A stretch of 64,000 nucleotides of DNA from Mobula hypostoma (GCF_963921235.1 NC_086107.1:108502001-108566000), one strand, 5' to 3'. Positions 47,053 through 60,559 are shown, counted from the first letter of the stretch. Notes: generated by a model not told the origin, from the sequence alone. Numbers and translations are program-made.

Positions 47053-49543
47053 AATCCACCATCCTCTCTCAGCCTGGGATGATATGTGACTCCAGACCGA
47101 CCTCAAGGTGACAGAATCTCTATTGTGCCAACATAATATTCAACTCAAGGTAACAGAGACAGCAAGTAGTAGCTTTAAATGTCCGAGGAAAGGCAATATA
47201 GGAACAGTATGCGCAGCCTATGAATTAAACAGGTACAAAGTATCTAGTTGTTTTAGCAGCTGTTCTTACCTGCAAAGCAACACCATGTTTTAATATTACT
47301 CAGCTTGATGCATCGCATTCAAATTCCCAATGTGAGATTCACACTTGTGTCCTTCCAGACAGGAAGTATAGCTCTGTTAACACAAAATAGTGATTTTGGC
47401 TAGGATTGTGTGCTTTGTGAACATCTCCCCCCGCCCCCCAAGGACAAACCTTTCTAAACTGCTGCCAGGTCCACCTGCGTTCATCCATAGATGCCATCGA
47501 GCAGGGTGTGAGGTTAAGCCGTGTGCATTGATGACAAAATACACTGACTGATTTTCTCAGCGACTCCGGGCCTTATTCAGTAATCACAGCCACACTTCCG
47601 AGAGTGCAAATGGATTGTTTTCCTGGCAACTGTAAACTGAACAATCTTAAAGTTAATCCTGTGTCTCTGTGATGGATTCCTTATCTGCTGTAGAATGCCT
47701 TGGGGCCTGTTTGCATCCATTAGGAATTAACAAACAATCTTAATCCCAAAACCAAATTCTGCTCGCTGGGTGAATTTGTGCCAAGCACACAGGCCATCAG
47801 GTGGAGCAGATCCCAGATTTAGATGGGGGATGTGACCAAGGGTCTAGGAAATAAGAGTTACACAGCATGGAAGCAGGTTCTTCAGATCGTTGAGTCTGCA
47901 CAGTTAATCAGGTGTCCATTTAATCCAGGGGTTCCCAGCCTTTCTAATAGCATGGACCAATACCATTTGGCAAGGGTCCATGGACCCCAAGTTGGAAACC
48001 CATGAAATTCTACAATCCCACTTTATTATCCCAATGTTCCTTTCAATTCCCACCAGTCTCTTCTCATGTGCATATTAGAGACTCAGGTGCTATTGTGTGC
48101 ATTAGGGGAAATATACTGTATTCAGCTAACTCACCAATCCACGTGTCTTTTAGGTGTGGGAGGATACCAAACAGGGAGAACGTGCAAACGCCACACAGAC
48201 AGCACCCGAGGCCAGGATTGAACTCAATCAACAGAGTCGTGAGGCAGTAGTTCTACTGGCTGGACAAATTTGCCACTCCGAAGCCAAAATCATGAGACGG
48301 CGGGGTCCAGGCCCCGGAGCGAATCGAAGCAACTGAACCCGATGTTTGGACGTCAATTTAGGCGCTGGGCCAGATTGAAAAGGTCAGGGTGACGGGGTCC
48401 GAGGTGAGGCACAGGCCAGTTCAGCTTGCTGCGTGGAACTAAAGGTCTGTGGATGAAGTCTCTTTGTGGACTTCAGCTCTGAATGCTATTTGCTTGCGTT
48501 GATTGTTTGCACAACAATTTTTTCTCTCTCTGCACGTTGGGTGTTTGACAGTCCTCCTTTTTTTAATGGGTTCTTTGGGGTTTCTTCTTTTGTGGCTGCC
48601 TTTAAGGAGATGAATCTCAAGGTTGTGCATTATATACATAGTTTGATCATAAACGTACATTGTAATTTTGAACTTTGACACGCGCAGGCAGCCCAGCACA
48701 TTTCTAATGCAAGCGACCCATTTCCCTGTATGATTCAATGTGTCGATGTTCATGTGACAAATAAAACTAATCTTTATTGATTTACTTCATTGATCAAATT
48801 TACTGTAAATTTCCTTGATGTTGCGGGGCGGGGGGGGGGGAGATTCAAACTCACAAGATTCTTGGTTAACTCTAATCTACCAACCTCTGACTTGAAATCA
48901 ACACTTAATCTGTTGTCAGTTGTGTCTTTTCATTATGACTGTGAAAGAAAACTATGAAACAAAAAAGCTGGTCATTGACTTCAGAGAGGAGGAGGGGGTG
49001 CAGATGCTCCCGTCTACATCAACAGTGTTGAGGTTGGGAGCTTCAAGTTCCTAGATGTGAACTTGTTCTGGTCCCGCCATGTTGATGTCAGAGCAAAGAA
49101 TCTTCACCAATATTTCTACTTTCTCAGGAAGCTAAAGCAACTTGGCATGTCCATGTTGATTCTTACTGATATTTGTCAATGCCACCTTAGAAACAGAAAG
49201 CATTCTATCTGGATGCACCACAACTTCGTATGGCAACTACTCTGCACTTAACCGCAAGAAACCTCCAACTTATTCACTCTATCTATACTCCTCACTGCCT
49301 CAGTAACATAGCCTGCAAAGACCCACCCACTCCAGACATTCTCCCTTCTCCCCTCTCCCATAAGGCAGAAGATACAAAAGCCTGAAAGTACGAATCAGCA
49401 TGCTCAAGGCCGGCTTCTACCCAACAGTTATCTCACTCTTGAATGAACCTCTTTTTTGTTAAATGGACCCTTGACCTCACAGTCCTGCACATCATCACTT
49501 ACCTCCACCACACTTTTTCTTTGGAGCTTTTTTAAAAATGTTT

Positions 49544-50213
49544 TAGATTAAGATTATGAGGACGCTCAGTCCTCATTTATTGTCATTTAGAAATGCATGC
49601 ATTAAAAAATGATACAATGTTCCTCCAGAATGATATCACAAAAAAAAGGACAAACCAAGACTAAAACTGACAAAACCACATAATTATAACATATAGTTAC
49701 AACAGTGCAAAGCAATACCGTATTTTGATAAGAGCAGACCATGGGCACGGTAAAAAAAAAGTCTCAAAGTCCCGATCAATCATCATCTAATGCAGGCGGC
49801 AGAAGGGAGAAACTCTCCTTGCCATGAACCTCCAAGCGCCGCCAACTTGCAGATGCATTGGAAGCACCCGACTGCAGCGGACTCTGAGTCCGTCCGAAAA
49901 CTTCGAGCCCCTGACCAGCCCCTCCAATACAGCCTCTCCGAGCACCATCCTCTGCTGAGCGCTTCGACCCCACCCCGGCCGCCGAGCAACAAGCAAAGCC
50001 AAGGACTCGGGGCCTTCTGCTCCAGAGATTCCGGACCACACAGTAGCAGCAGCAGCGAAGCAGGCATTTCAGAAGTTTCTCCAGATGTTCCTCCGCACTC
50101 TCACTTCTGTCTCCATCAAATCAGGATTGTGCACGGCACCCTACTTGACAGATAACAGACATCACCACCAGAGTGGCTGCTGCGAGCTGCGTTGCGCCGC
50201 CATCTTCTCCTCC
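49544..50213 (-). mobile_element. Full-length copy of the YY1-headed non-autonomous retroelement
   Basis: Reverse strand starts GGAGGAGAAGATGGCGGCGC and ends GAGGAC...GTCCTCATAATCTTAATCT. Confidence 0.82.
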
Positions 50214-50319
50214 CGATTTTACACTCTATTCTGCATTATTATTGTTTTACCTTATTGTGTAACGATTTGAACTGTATAAACAGGATGCAAGACAAGTTTT
50301 ACACTGTATGTGCATGAAA

Positions 50320-50700
50320 GACCATAAGACATAAGAACAAAATTAGGCTATTTGACCCATTGAGTCTGCTTTGCCATTCCATCAGGGGTGATTTATTATC
50401 CCTCTGAACCCCATTCCCTGCTTTCTTCTCATAACCTTTGACACATTAATTACCAAGAACCTATCAACCTTTGCCTTAAATATACCCAATGAACTGGCCT
50501 GCACAGCTGTCTGTGGCAATGAATTCCACTGATTCACCACCCTCTGCCTGAAGAACTTTTACCTCATCTCTGTTCTAAGTGAACATTCCTCAATTCTGAA
50601 GTAGTAACCTCTGGTGCTACACTCCCCCACTATAGTAAACATCCATTCTATCAAAGCTTTTCGATATTCAATAGGTTTAAGTGAGATCCCCCACTCAGTC
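50320..50700 (-). mobile_element. CR1 LINE 3' end (similar fragment 31735-32200)
   Basis: Reverse-strand RVVNQWNSLPQTAV remnant and TCTTATG tail. Confidence 0.75.
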
Positions 50701-51344
50701 TCCAAAAAGGCGATAACAATAAACTATGTTTTACTGTAAAATGGACCTATTAGAATTGAGTTTACTGCTTTGAGCAGCATGGGCTGGGAGTTACTTACAT
50801 TTATGTGACAGCAAAGCCATCTTCCTAGAAACAGCCTCCACACAAGTGACCCACAGGATACAAAGAGCACACATACACACATGAGAGTAGCCAAATGTGG
50901 CACCTTGGCACTGCTGGGCACCACAGCTTGCCTTTGGTGATCTCCATACATTTGTACCACGGATGCATGGAGCACAATCTTTATGTGACCCTCAATTTAC
51001 AATGATGTTTATTTTGCATAACATTCAATTGAGTCAGCTCCATCGTGGGCACTAGCTTTCTCATCATCAAGGAAATCTTCAAAAGGAGATACCTCAAAAA
51101 GATGGCATCCATCATTAAGGATCCCCAAGACCCACGATATACCCTCTTGTCATTGCTACCATCATTGAGAAGGTACAGGAGCCTGAAGACACAACTCAAC
51201 GTTTCAGGAATAGCTTCCTCCCTTCCACCATTAGATTTCTGACTGGACATTGAACCCATGAACACTACCTCTCTATTTTTGTCCTTTCTTTTGCACTACT
51301 TCTTAATTTTTTATATGCAGTATATTTCTTGGTATAGAGTTAAA

Positions 51345-52055
51345 AATACACGTGGACTAAGATGTTAACTGTCCTGTGCTATCACCAGTGGGATCATCAG
51401 TCGATCTACCACCTGTCTTCAGGAGTTTCGGCCCACTTATGATCAAGACCCCCTCGAGGTGGTGGGCCAGCAGTGCTAAAGCACCACCTCCCACTGGTGA
51501 GCTTAAAAACTTGGCATCTGCCTCTATCAGAGTTGTTGGTCACTTCCATCCAACAGATAGTCTGCTCTTCAGGTGTCTATGCAACTACTGAAGGGTTTGC
51601 AAGATATGTATACACTGTCTGACTATCTGCCCCTCTGGACATACTTGGTCCACACCCATGCTGATCCTTTCTCTGCTGCCTCAGCTACAGCCCTGCTGGT
51701 TGACTTGATCTCTCTTCTAGTGAAGCCAAGGTCACACAGCCACTTCTGGAAAGTGAACGCAATAAACCCACGGCAGCCTACTTCGAATGGATGGCATGAG
51801 ACCTTCCACCCTCTGTCTCTGCACTCTGATCTTAATTCTGCATACTTGGTTAACTTGCGCTCATGGGCTTCATCGACGTTGTCTTCCCGGGGGACTGTGA
51901 GTTCACCAATAACCACTTCTCTACGGGTGTCGGACCATACGATTATATCTGGACGCAATGTGTTGAAAGCTATTTGCTCCGGAAAACTGCCTTTCCCGTC
52001 CAGGTCGGCCTTGACTCACCAATCATTGGCTGAAGAAAGTATGCTTGATCGTGAG
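51345..52055 (-). mobile_element. Hero/R2-superfamily LINE 3' fragment with restriction-like endonuclease domain
   Basis: W*VKADLDGKGSFPEQIAFNTLRPDIIVWSDTRREVVIGELTVPREDNVDEAHERKLTKYAEL...PFEVGCRGF...AAEKGSAWVW. Confidence 0.88.
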
Positions 52056-52184
52056 CCTGTGCTGTACACCCTTGATATTATATATTGCACTGTACTGCTG
52101 CCTCAAAACATCAGATTTCATGATGTGTCAATGATAATAAATCCAATTCTGATTCTATTATAGGAATCAAACCTATAGTATATA

Positions 52185-52556
52185 GGATTCAAATGGGACA
52201 CACTGGAGGCTGTGGTAGAACAAAGGACCCTACAGAAAATCCTGGCAATTCCGGACAATGTTTCTCCCCCTCTGCATTCCACCTTGGCTGAGCAGAGGAG
52301 CACTTTCAGTAACATACCAAGACAACCGCGCTGCTCCAAAGAGCGCTGTACGAGATTCTTACCCTCGGCCATTAGGCTCTATAATGAGTCAACCTATAGC
52401 CAGGGAAGTGATGAGCCCTCCTGTTAGACTGTTTGAGGTAACTTATTTTTTATTCTTTCTTACTTCTCTTCTAATATTTGTATTTCTGTGCACTCGTAAT
52501 GCTTCTGGGATACTGTAATTTCCTTTGGGATCAATAACATATTTATCTATCTATCC
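52185..52556 (+). mobile_element. Rex1/Babar LINE 3' fragment
   Basis: VVEQRTLQKILAIPDNVSPPLH...QRSTFSN...PRCSKERCTRFLPSAIRLYN; GGGATCAATAA + (TATC)n tail. Confidence 0.85.
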
Positions 52557-53679
52557 ATGCAGTAGAATTTCCTCTTCATTAACACAGTGACCTTTAATTT
52601 TGTAGTCTCCTTATACACTCAGAGTCCATTTTATTGTGTACACCTGTTCATTAATGCAAATATTTAACCAGCCATTCATGTGGCAGCAACTCAATGCATA
52701 AAAGCTTTCGGTCATGGTCAAAAGGTTCAGCTGTTGTTCAGACCAAGCATCTGAATGGGGAAGAAATGTGATCTAATTGACCTTGACCGTGGAATGATTG
52801 TTGGTCCCAGATAGGGTGAAACTGCTGATCTCCTGGGATTTTCATTCACATCAGTCTCTAGAGTTTACAGAGAATGGCGCGAGAAACCAAAAAAACATCC
52901 AGTGAGCAGCAGTTCTGTGGGCGAAAATGCCTTGTTAATCAGAGAGGTCAGAGGAGTGCGTCAAGACTGGTTCGAGATCACAGGAAGGCAACAGTAACTC
53001 AAAGAACTACGTGTTACAACAGTGGTGTCTAGAAGAGCATCTGCAAATGCATTTATCAAACCTTAAAGTGCACGGGCTACAGCAGCAGAAGACCATGAAG
53101 ATACACTCATACACTGAGTGTATAATGCAAGGGAATAGGCTAAAAACAATGGCAAACAAGAATATATTAGCAAAGATAGTAGAGGAGTGTTCACTTTAAG
53201 TTTCTAAGCAACCTGATGTTTCCTTTGGGATGGGCTTGGAGTCCAATCCCAACCCTACCAGCTTCTGCTCACAACCTTAAGGATTGTCTGACAGATGGGT
53301 TGGTTCCTTCGAGAGATTAGGGAACATCTGTCTCCATTTTAGTGCAAGTCCACAATCTGCAGCTCATTGCCATAGTTTCCCTGGGATCGGATATCACACT
53401 TCCCATGCATAAACATAATGAAAACAAGTGGGACATCCCTACCTCAAAAAAGCGATCAAGAGCTTCAAATTGATGAGCCTTTCAGCAGAAGCGTTCTTGC
53501 CTCTAGTAAATTCAGTTATACCATTACATTCGGTTTTAGTTTTGATGTTCCTCCACCTCTGTATTCTCCTTGAAGGTCGATTACCCTTCCTCCTTCTCTA
53601 ACCATCTGAGCATCCATAGTTTTAATGGCAGCAGCATTGTAGCCTTGGTTTCAGATGCCGAGGTTTGGAGAATTCCACA

Positions 53680-54735
53680 GGACCCTGGTGAGTATTGTAA
53701 AACAAAGGGACCAAGGAGTGCAAGTGCATGGTTCCTTGAAAGAGGCCTCACAGGTAGATAGGCTGGTGAAAAAGGCTTTTACAATGCTGATTTTCATCAG
53801 TCGGGGCCTTGAGTATAGAAGTTAGGGGATTATGTTACATTGCTGAGGCCACATTTGAAATATTGTGTTCAGTTCTGGTCTCCCTGCTACAGGAAAGATA
53901 GAACATAGAATAGTACAGCATAGCACAGGCCCTTCGGCCCAGAATATTATGCCGACCCTTAAACCCTGCCTCCCATATAACCCCCCACCTTAAATTCCTC
54001 CATATACCTGTCTAGTAGTCTCTTAAACTTCACTAGTGTATCTGCCTCCACCACTGACTCAGGCAGTGCATTCCACGCACCAACCACTCTCTGAGTGAAA
54101 AACCTTCCTCTAATATCCCCTTTGAACTTCCCACCCCTTACCTTAAAGCCATGTCCTCTTCTATTGAGCAGTGGTGCCCTGGGGAAGAGGTGCTGGCTGT
54201 CCACTCTACCTATTCCTCTTAATATCTTGTATACCTCCATCATGTCTCCTCTCATCCTCCTTCTCTCCAAAGAGTAAAGCCCTAGCTCCCTTAATCTTTG
54301 ATCATAATGCATACTCTCTAAACCAGGCAACAACCTGGTAAATCTCCTCTATACCCTTTCCAATGCTCCCACTTTATTCCTTTAAGATTAAGATGGATAG
54401 AGTGCAGAGCAGATTTATGAGGATGCAGCCAGAACTTGAGGAACAAAGTTATGGAGATTGTTTCAGAAGATAGGGCTTTAATCCTTAGAGTGTAGGAGAT
54501 TAAAGGATGATCTTACAGAGGTGTGTAAGATCATGAGGGTCATAAAGAGGGTAAATACACACTTTTTCCCAGGGTTGGGGAATCAAGAACTAGGGTGCAT
54601 ACTATATGTTTTGTTGAGAAGGGAGAGATATTATAGAAATTTGAAGGGAAACTTCTTCACCCAGATTATCATCCGTATATAGAACAAGCTGCCAGAGGAA
54701 GTGGTTGAGGCAGGTACAGCTTCATTTAAAAGATA
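53680..54735. mobile_element. Old CR1 (+) interrupted by young CR1 (-, 53898-54368)
   Basis: ORF 53959-54333 is an intact CR1 C-terminus. Flanks read as decayed YCVQFWSP...RVQSRF...GDL.EV.KIMR. Confidence 0.88.
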
Positions 54736-56174
54736 AATCATCTGAATCTTTTCCATTCGGTTCACTTTATCTCTTTGCTCCCTCTACACCTGGGCCTGCT
54801 GTACTATTTCAACACTTTAAAAACTTTTCCTCTCTTTATTCCTAAAACTTTGAAATCCCTTACCTTGTCTGCCTCTCAATAGCCTGTCAAAAGACTCTTC
54901 AAAGAGCTGCCATCTCATTGGTTGAGAACTGATTTAAAGACACTTCCATTAGCCAATGAAAGTAACAGTTCAAAGTTTAAAGTAAACTTTATTATTAAAG
55001 TACATATATGTCACCATATACAACCCTGAGATTCATTTTTTGTGGGCATACTCAATAAAGCTATAGAATTATAACCATAACAGAACCAATGAAAGACCGC
55101 CCCACTAGGGGTTCAACTAGAGTGCAGAAGACAACAAACTGTGCAAATACAAAAATAAGGAATAATAATAATAAATAAATAAGCAATAAATATCAAGAAC
55201 ATGAGATGAAGAGTCCCTGAAAGTGAGTCCATTTGTTGTGGGACATTTCAATGATGGGGCAAGTGAAGTTGAGTGAAGTTATCTCCTTTGGTTCAAAAGT
55301 CTGGTGGTTGAGGGGTCATAACTGTTCCTAAACCTAGTGGTGTGAGTACAAACTGTAGAGTATAAATCTTAAATTGATAATATCATATGTATATTCTGGG
55401 TAAATTGCCAAGAGTTAGAACTAGTGTTGATGAAGGAACAGCAATATATTTCCAGTTTGGAATGGTTTAGGACTTGGAGGTAATAGTGCTCACATTCACC
55501 AGCTGCTCTCATCCATCTTGGGAGGGGAGAGATTGTCGACATGGCAGCTGCGGTAAAAGTCACCTAGGTAAGTAACCACAAAGACACAAGAGATGGCAGA
55601 TGTCAGGATCTGAACAACAAATAATCTGCTGGCGGAACTCAGCAGGTCGAGCAGTGGGGGAAAGGATTTGTTAACACTTTGGGCCACACAACACAAAGTG
55701 CTGGAGGAACTCAGCAAATCAGTCAGCGTCTAGAGAGACGAATAAATGGTCAACGTTTCAGGCTGAAACCCTTCATCAGGACTGAAAATGAAGGGGGAAG
55801 AAGCCAAAATATGCTTGGGGGTGGGGCTAGCAGGTGATTGGTAAGACTAGGTGAGGGGGAAGTTGGGTGGGTGATGGTGGGGGGATGAAGATCAGAGGTG
55901 ATGGGTGAAATAGGTGAAGGGCTGACAAAGAAAGAATCTGAAAGGAAAAGATTGTGGACAATGGAAGGACGAGGGGCACTAGAGGGAGGTGACGGGCAGG
56001 TGAAGGTAAGAGAAAGGGTGATAGGGGAATCAGAATCGGAAATGTAAAGATAGAGTAGGGGGAGAGGAGAGAAAAATTACCGTTAAGTTAGAGAAATTGA
56101 TTGGAGGCTACCATGGTCAAAATCCCGCATAAGGATCCCTTGGTACTTGCTGTAGATGGGTACACACTGAACAA

Positions 56175-56510
56175 GTGTGGATGGAATCAGGGTGATGGGT
56201 TGAGTGCTGGGTTGAGTGATGGAATGAGGGTGATGGGTTGAGTGCAGGGTTGAGTGATAGAATAAAGGTGATGGGTTGAGTGATGGAATGAGGGTGATGG
56301 GTTGAGTGCTGGGTTGTGATGGAATGAGGGTGATGGGTTGAGTGATGGGTTGAGTGCAGGGTTGAGTGATAGAATAAAGGTGATGGGTTGAGTGATGGAA
56401 TGAGGGTGATGGGTTGAGAGATGGGTTGAATGATGGGTTGAATGATGGGTTGAGAGATGGGTTGAGTGCTGGGTTGAGTGATAGAATAAGGGTGATGGGT
56501 TGAGTTCTGG
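56175..56510. repeat. G-rich minisatellite of mixed 12-14 bp units (GATGGGTTGAGT, GATGGAATGAGGGT)
   Basis: Directly visible tandem array. Confidence 0.92.
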
Positions 56511-57104
56511 GTAAGCAGACAGCTTTATCCTGGATGGAACTGATCTTGCATTTGGACAGATTTGTGCTTACTCGGGGGAGGAACGTCATGGATAAACAAT
56601 CCTCTATTTCAGAAGAAAGCTGTGAGCACCCGTCCTGACAACAAAGCAGTATTTGACTGAATGGGTCCACACGAGCAAAACTGAAGATTGTTGACATAAG
56701 CACATGCTCTAGGCTGACACTATGAATATAGTCTGGTACAACTTATCCCTGTAATAAATTGTATGGCACAGTTACAAACTTTGCAAAGCCTCCGGATTAG
56801 AAGAGAAATTACAAATATAAACAGTTTATCTTTTGTTATCTATGATGTGAGAAGTCAATCCGTCCATGTGGTCTTGTGTGGCTCTCAGAATGATCCCACT
56901 TAAAACCTTCCCCCAACTTCTTTCCCGGTAACCTATTCTCCGTCTCATGCCAATTAACTCCCCACATGCATGGAGTAATCTACAACAGCCAGATTAACAT
57001 GAAAAAGACCACAGAGAAACAGAAGGAGGGGGGTCTGGGCTGGAAACATCAACTGTTTACTCTTTTCTGTAGACGCTGCCTGACCTGCTGAGCTCCTCCA
57101 GATA

Positions 57105-57690
57105 GATTTTAATGTAGACAAGTGTCAGGTGTTGTACTTTGGGAGGACAAACTAAGGTAGGACTTACACAGGGAATGGTAGAGCACCGATGAGTGTGGTA
57201 GAACAGAACCATGTGGGAATAGAGATTGATAATGCCTTGAATGTGTTGTCACAGGTAGATAAGATCGTCAGGAGAGCTTTTGCCATATTGGTCTTCAAAG
57301 TATTGAGTACAGGAGTTGGGATATTTTGCTGAAGTTGTATAAAACGTTGGTGGGACCAAATTTGGAGTATTGTGGGCAGTTCTGGGCACCTACCTACCGG
57401 AAAGAAATCAATAAGATTGAAAGAGTACTGTGAAAATTTACAAGGATATCTTGAGGACCTGAGTTACATAGGTTGAATAGGTTAGGAATTTATTCCCTGG
57501 AGCATAGGAGAATGAAGGGAAATTTGATAGAGGTATAAGAAGTTATGAGGGTATAAATAGGGTAAACACAAGCAGGCATTTCCCACTGAGATGGGGTGAG
57601 ACTAGAACTAGAGGTCATAGGTTAAGAGAAAAGAGGGAACTTGAGAGAGAGCTATTTCATTCAGAGGTTTGTGTGAGTGTGGAACTTGCC
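57105..57690 (+). mobile_element. Decayed CR1 LINE fragment
   Basis: FNVDKCQVLYFGR...LKLYKTLVGPNLEYCGQFWAP remnant. Confidence 0.85.
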
Positions 57691-57949
57691 TTAATGACTA
57701 CCATTCAGTGGCAGTGACCTGCATTGATAATTAAATGCTTTGAGCAGATGGTTTTAGATTGCATTAAATCTTATTTTCTTGCTACTTCATTCCATCCTGT
57801 CTCACCTGGAAAATTGACTTCAGCTTGGCATTTAGTACAATCATTCCTCAGAAGCTGGTGGTAAACTGTTCTTGTTGGGCCTCAACACTTCTCACTGTAA
57901 CTGGACCTTGAACTTCTTTTTTTACAGAAAGGCTACAGTCAGTCCACAG

Positions 57950-58905
57950 TGGCAGAAACATCTCTAGCTCCATCACACTGAGCAGTTCAGTGAGTGTTCA
58001 GCCCGCTGCTGATACATGACTGCACTGCTAGATCCAGTGCAAACTGAATCGTTGAGTTCGCTGATGACACAACAGTGGTTGGCCTCATCAACAACAACGA
58101 TGAGATGGCATATAGAGAGGAGGTCGAGCTTGAGTCTCAATGTGGACAAAATCAAAGAGATGATTGTGGACTTTAGAGAAGTGCCGGCTGACCACTCCTC
58201 AGTGCACATAAATGGTTCCTCCATGGAGAGAGTTAGAAGAACCAAATCTCTAGGAGTGCACATCGTGGACTAGCTCACCTGGTCCCTCAACACCACCACT
58301 TTGGTCAAGAAAACAAAGTAGTGGCTCCACTTCCTGAGGAGACTGAGGCAAATGAGACTCTCTCCCCTCCATTGTAAGTATTTTTTACAGGAGCACCATT
58401 GAGAGTGTCCTGACCAACTGTATTACACTGGTATGGGAATTTCAAGGCTTCTAACTACAAGTCCCGACAAAGCATTGTGAGGGCTGCTGAGAGGTTCATC
58501 AGGGTCTCTCTTCCACTTATCAGAGATGTTTGTTATGCTAGGTCCTCAGTATTGTCAATAATCCATCCAACAATCTCTCCGACCCCCTAGCGTTAGGCTG
58601 GAGATACCATAGCATTAGGACAAGAACTGTTAGGATGGGAAACAGCTTCTTCCCTCACACTGTAAAGCTACTGAACTCCCTGCCACCACCAAGTTGTCAT
58701 CATGTATGAAGCACCAGGATTGTTAGACTGTTTACTTTTTAACCTGTGTCATAAATGCACCTTATTATTTGTGGTAATATTACTTTAAAGTGTTGTGAGT
58801 GTGAGTCATATGTACTGTGTTGTGCACCCTGGTCAGGAGGAACGTTGTTTCATTTGGAGGTACACATGTGGATGGTTAACTGACAACAAACTAAACTTGA
58901 ACTTA
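57950..58905 (+). mobile_element. Decayed Rex1/Babar LINE fragment
   Basis: FADDTTVVGLI; LSLNVDKIKEMIVDFR; VERV...KSLGVHI; TAAACTTGAACTT tail. Confidence 0.85.
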
Positions 58906-60559
58906 AAGATGAAGTTGAGGTTGAGAGGGATCCGGGATCAGCCATGATGGGATGGCGGAGCAGACTCAATGGGCTGAATGGCCTAATTCTACTCCTGTGT
59001 CTTATGGTCTTACGGTCTTAAATGAGCTGCCAGCAGAAGTGGTGGATGCTTGTTTGATTTTAACATTTAAAAGAAATTTCCTAACTGCATGGATAGGTGG
59101 CATATGACGGCTATTGTCCAGGTGCGATCAAAGGGACTAGGTAAAATAACAGTTTGGCACAGGCTAGATGGCCTAAGGGGACTGCTTCTGTGCTGCAGTA
59201 CTCTGTGACTCTATAACCTACTGGCCAGCAGCTCTTTGGGCTGTGGGAGAGAGCTGGAGAACACCAGGGAAACCATGTTTTCGCAGGGAGAATGTGAAAA
59301 CTCCATGCAGAGAACACCAAGGGACTTGATTGACCTACATACGTAGTCAACCGCCCAGGAAGCAGCAGATGGGATACAAGGAAAATTGGTGCAGCTGGTA
59401 GAATTGTCACCTTGCATTTCCAGTGACCCAAGTTCAATCCGGATTTCGGTAGCTGTCTACGTGGAGTTTACACGCCCCCTCCTTAAGTTCCTCCCCAGAT
59501 ACTCCAGTTTCCTCCAACATGTGGGTTGGTAGGCTAACTGACCACTGCACTTAGCCCATAGGTGAGAGGTGGATGCGGGCGAGGTGGGGTGGGGGGAGAG
59601 TAAAGAGATGAATGTGTAAATGGATACTCAGTGGTCAGCATGGAAGACCTGTTTTCATGTCACCTCTTCCTAAGGTTCCCTATCACATACAGGTACACCT
59701 GCACACCCGCTCAGTAATGCAAATATCTAATCAGCCAATCACATGGCAATGAATCGACACATAAAAGCACCCGGACATGGTCAAGAGGTTCAGCTGTTGT
59801 TCAGATCAAACGTCAGAATGGAGAGGAAATGTGATCTTTGGTATGAGACGGGGTGGTTTAAGTATCTTAGAAACTCCTGATCACCTGGGATTTTAATGCA
59901 CAGCAGTCTCTATAGTTTACAGAGAACGGTATGAAAAACAACAAAAAAAAAATCCCAGTGATCGGCTGTTCTGTGGCGAAAATGACTTGAGAGAGGTCAG
60001 AGGAGGACGTCTAGAAGAGAACGTCAACTGTACTTTTTTTCCATAGATGCTGCCTGACCTGCTGAGTTCCTCCAGCATTTTGTGTGTGTTGGTTGGAGAA
60101 TGTCTAGACTGGTTCAAGCTCTCAGGAAGGCAGCAATAACTCAAATAACCACACGTTACAACAGTGGTGTGCTGAAGAGCCTGCCTGAATGCACAACATG
60201 ATAAAGCTTGAAGTGGACGGGCTACAGCAGCAGAAGTCCATGAACATACACTCAGTGGCCACTTTATTAAATATAGGAGGCATTTATGCATAGATTCATA
60301 GACTGCACTGAAACATCACAAACCTTTGGTGAAGTCAAAGGTTCTAATGAAGTGACCACTGAGTGTATAAGACCAGTGTATCCCATTTGGTACTTTAAAA
60401 CTGCCCCATCTTCAGGGTTCAAAGCAGCCATGGCTGATCGGCCCCAAGACCTCGATTTATTTTCAATATCTTTGCCCTCAGTTCTCCAATCTTTCAAAAA
60501 TATATGCACCTCTTCTTCAACTCTCTCCAGTAATTGAGGTAAATCCGCTCTTTAAATTT

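Noticed and set aside
51380..51460. CTGATGA and GAAAC on the minus strand of the Hero 3' UTR as a hammerhead
   Set aside because: I could not build stems I-III with the correct motif order and spacing.
51573..52163. 196 aa plus-strand ORF
   Set aside because: Antisense shadow of the Hero endonuclease frame.
53682..53700. Splice-donor-like CTG|GTGAGT
   Set aside because: Lies at the start of a decayed CR1 fragment and is explained by CR1 sequence.
56083..56703. Longest ORF in the track (206 aa, minus)
   Set aside because: It is open only because it crosses the stop-poor minisatellite; low-complexity PSLNPS/TQPIT repeats and no domain.
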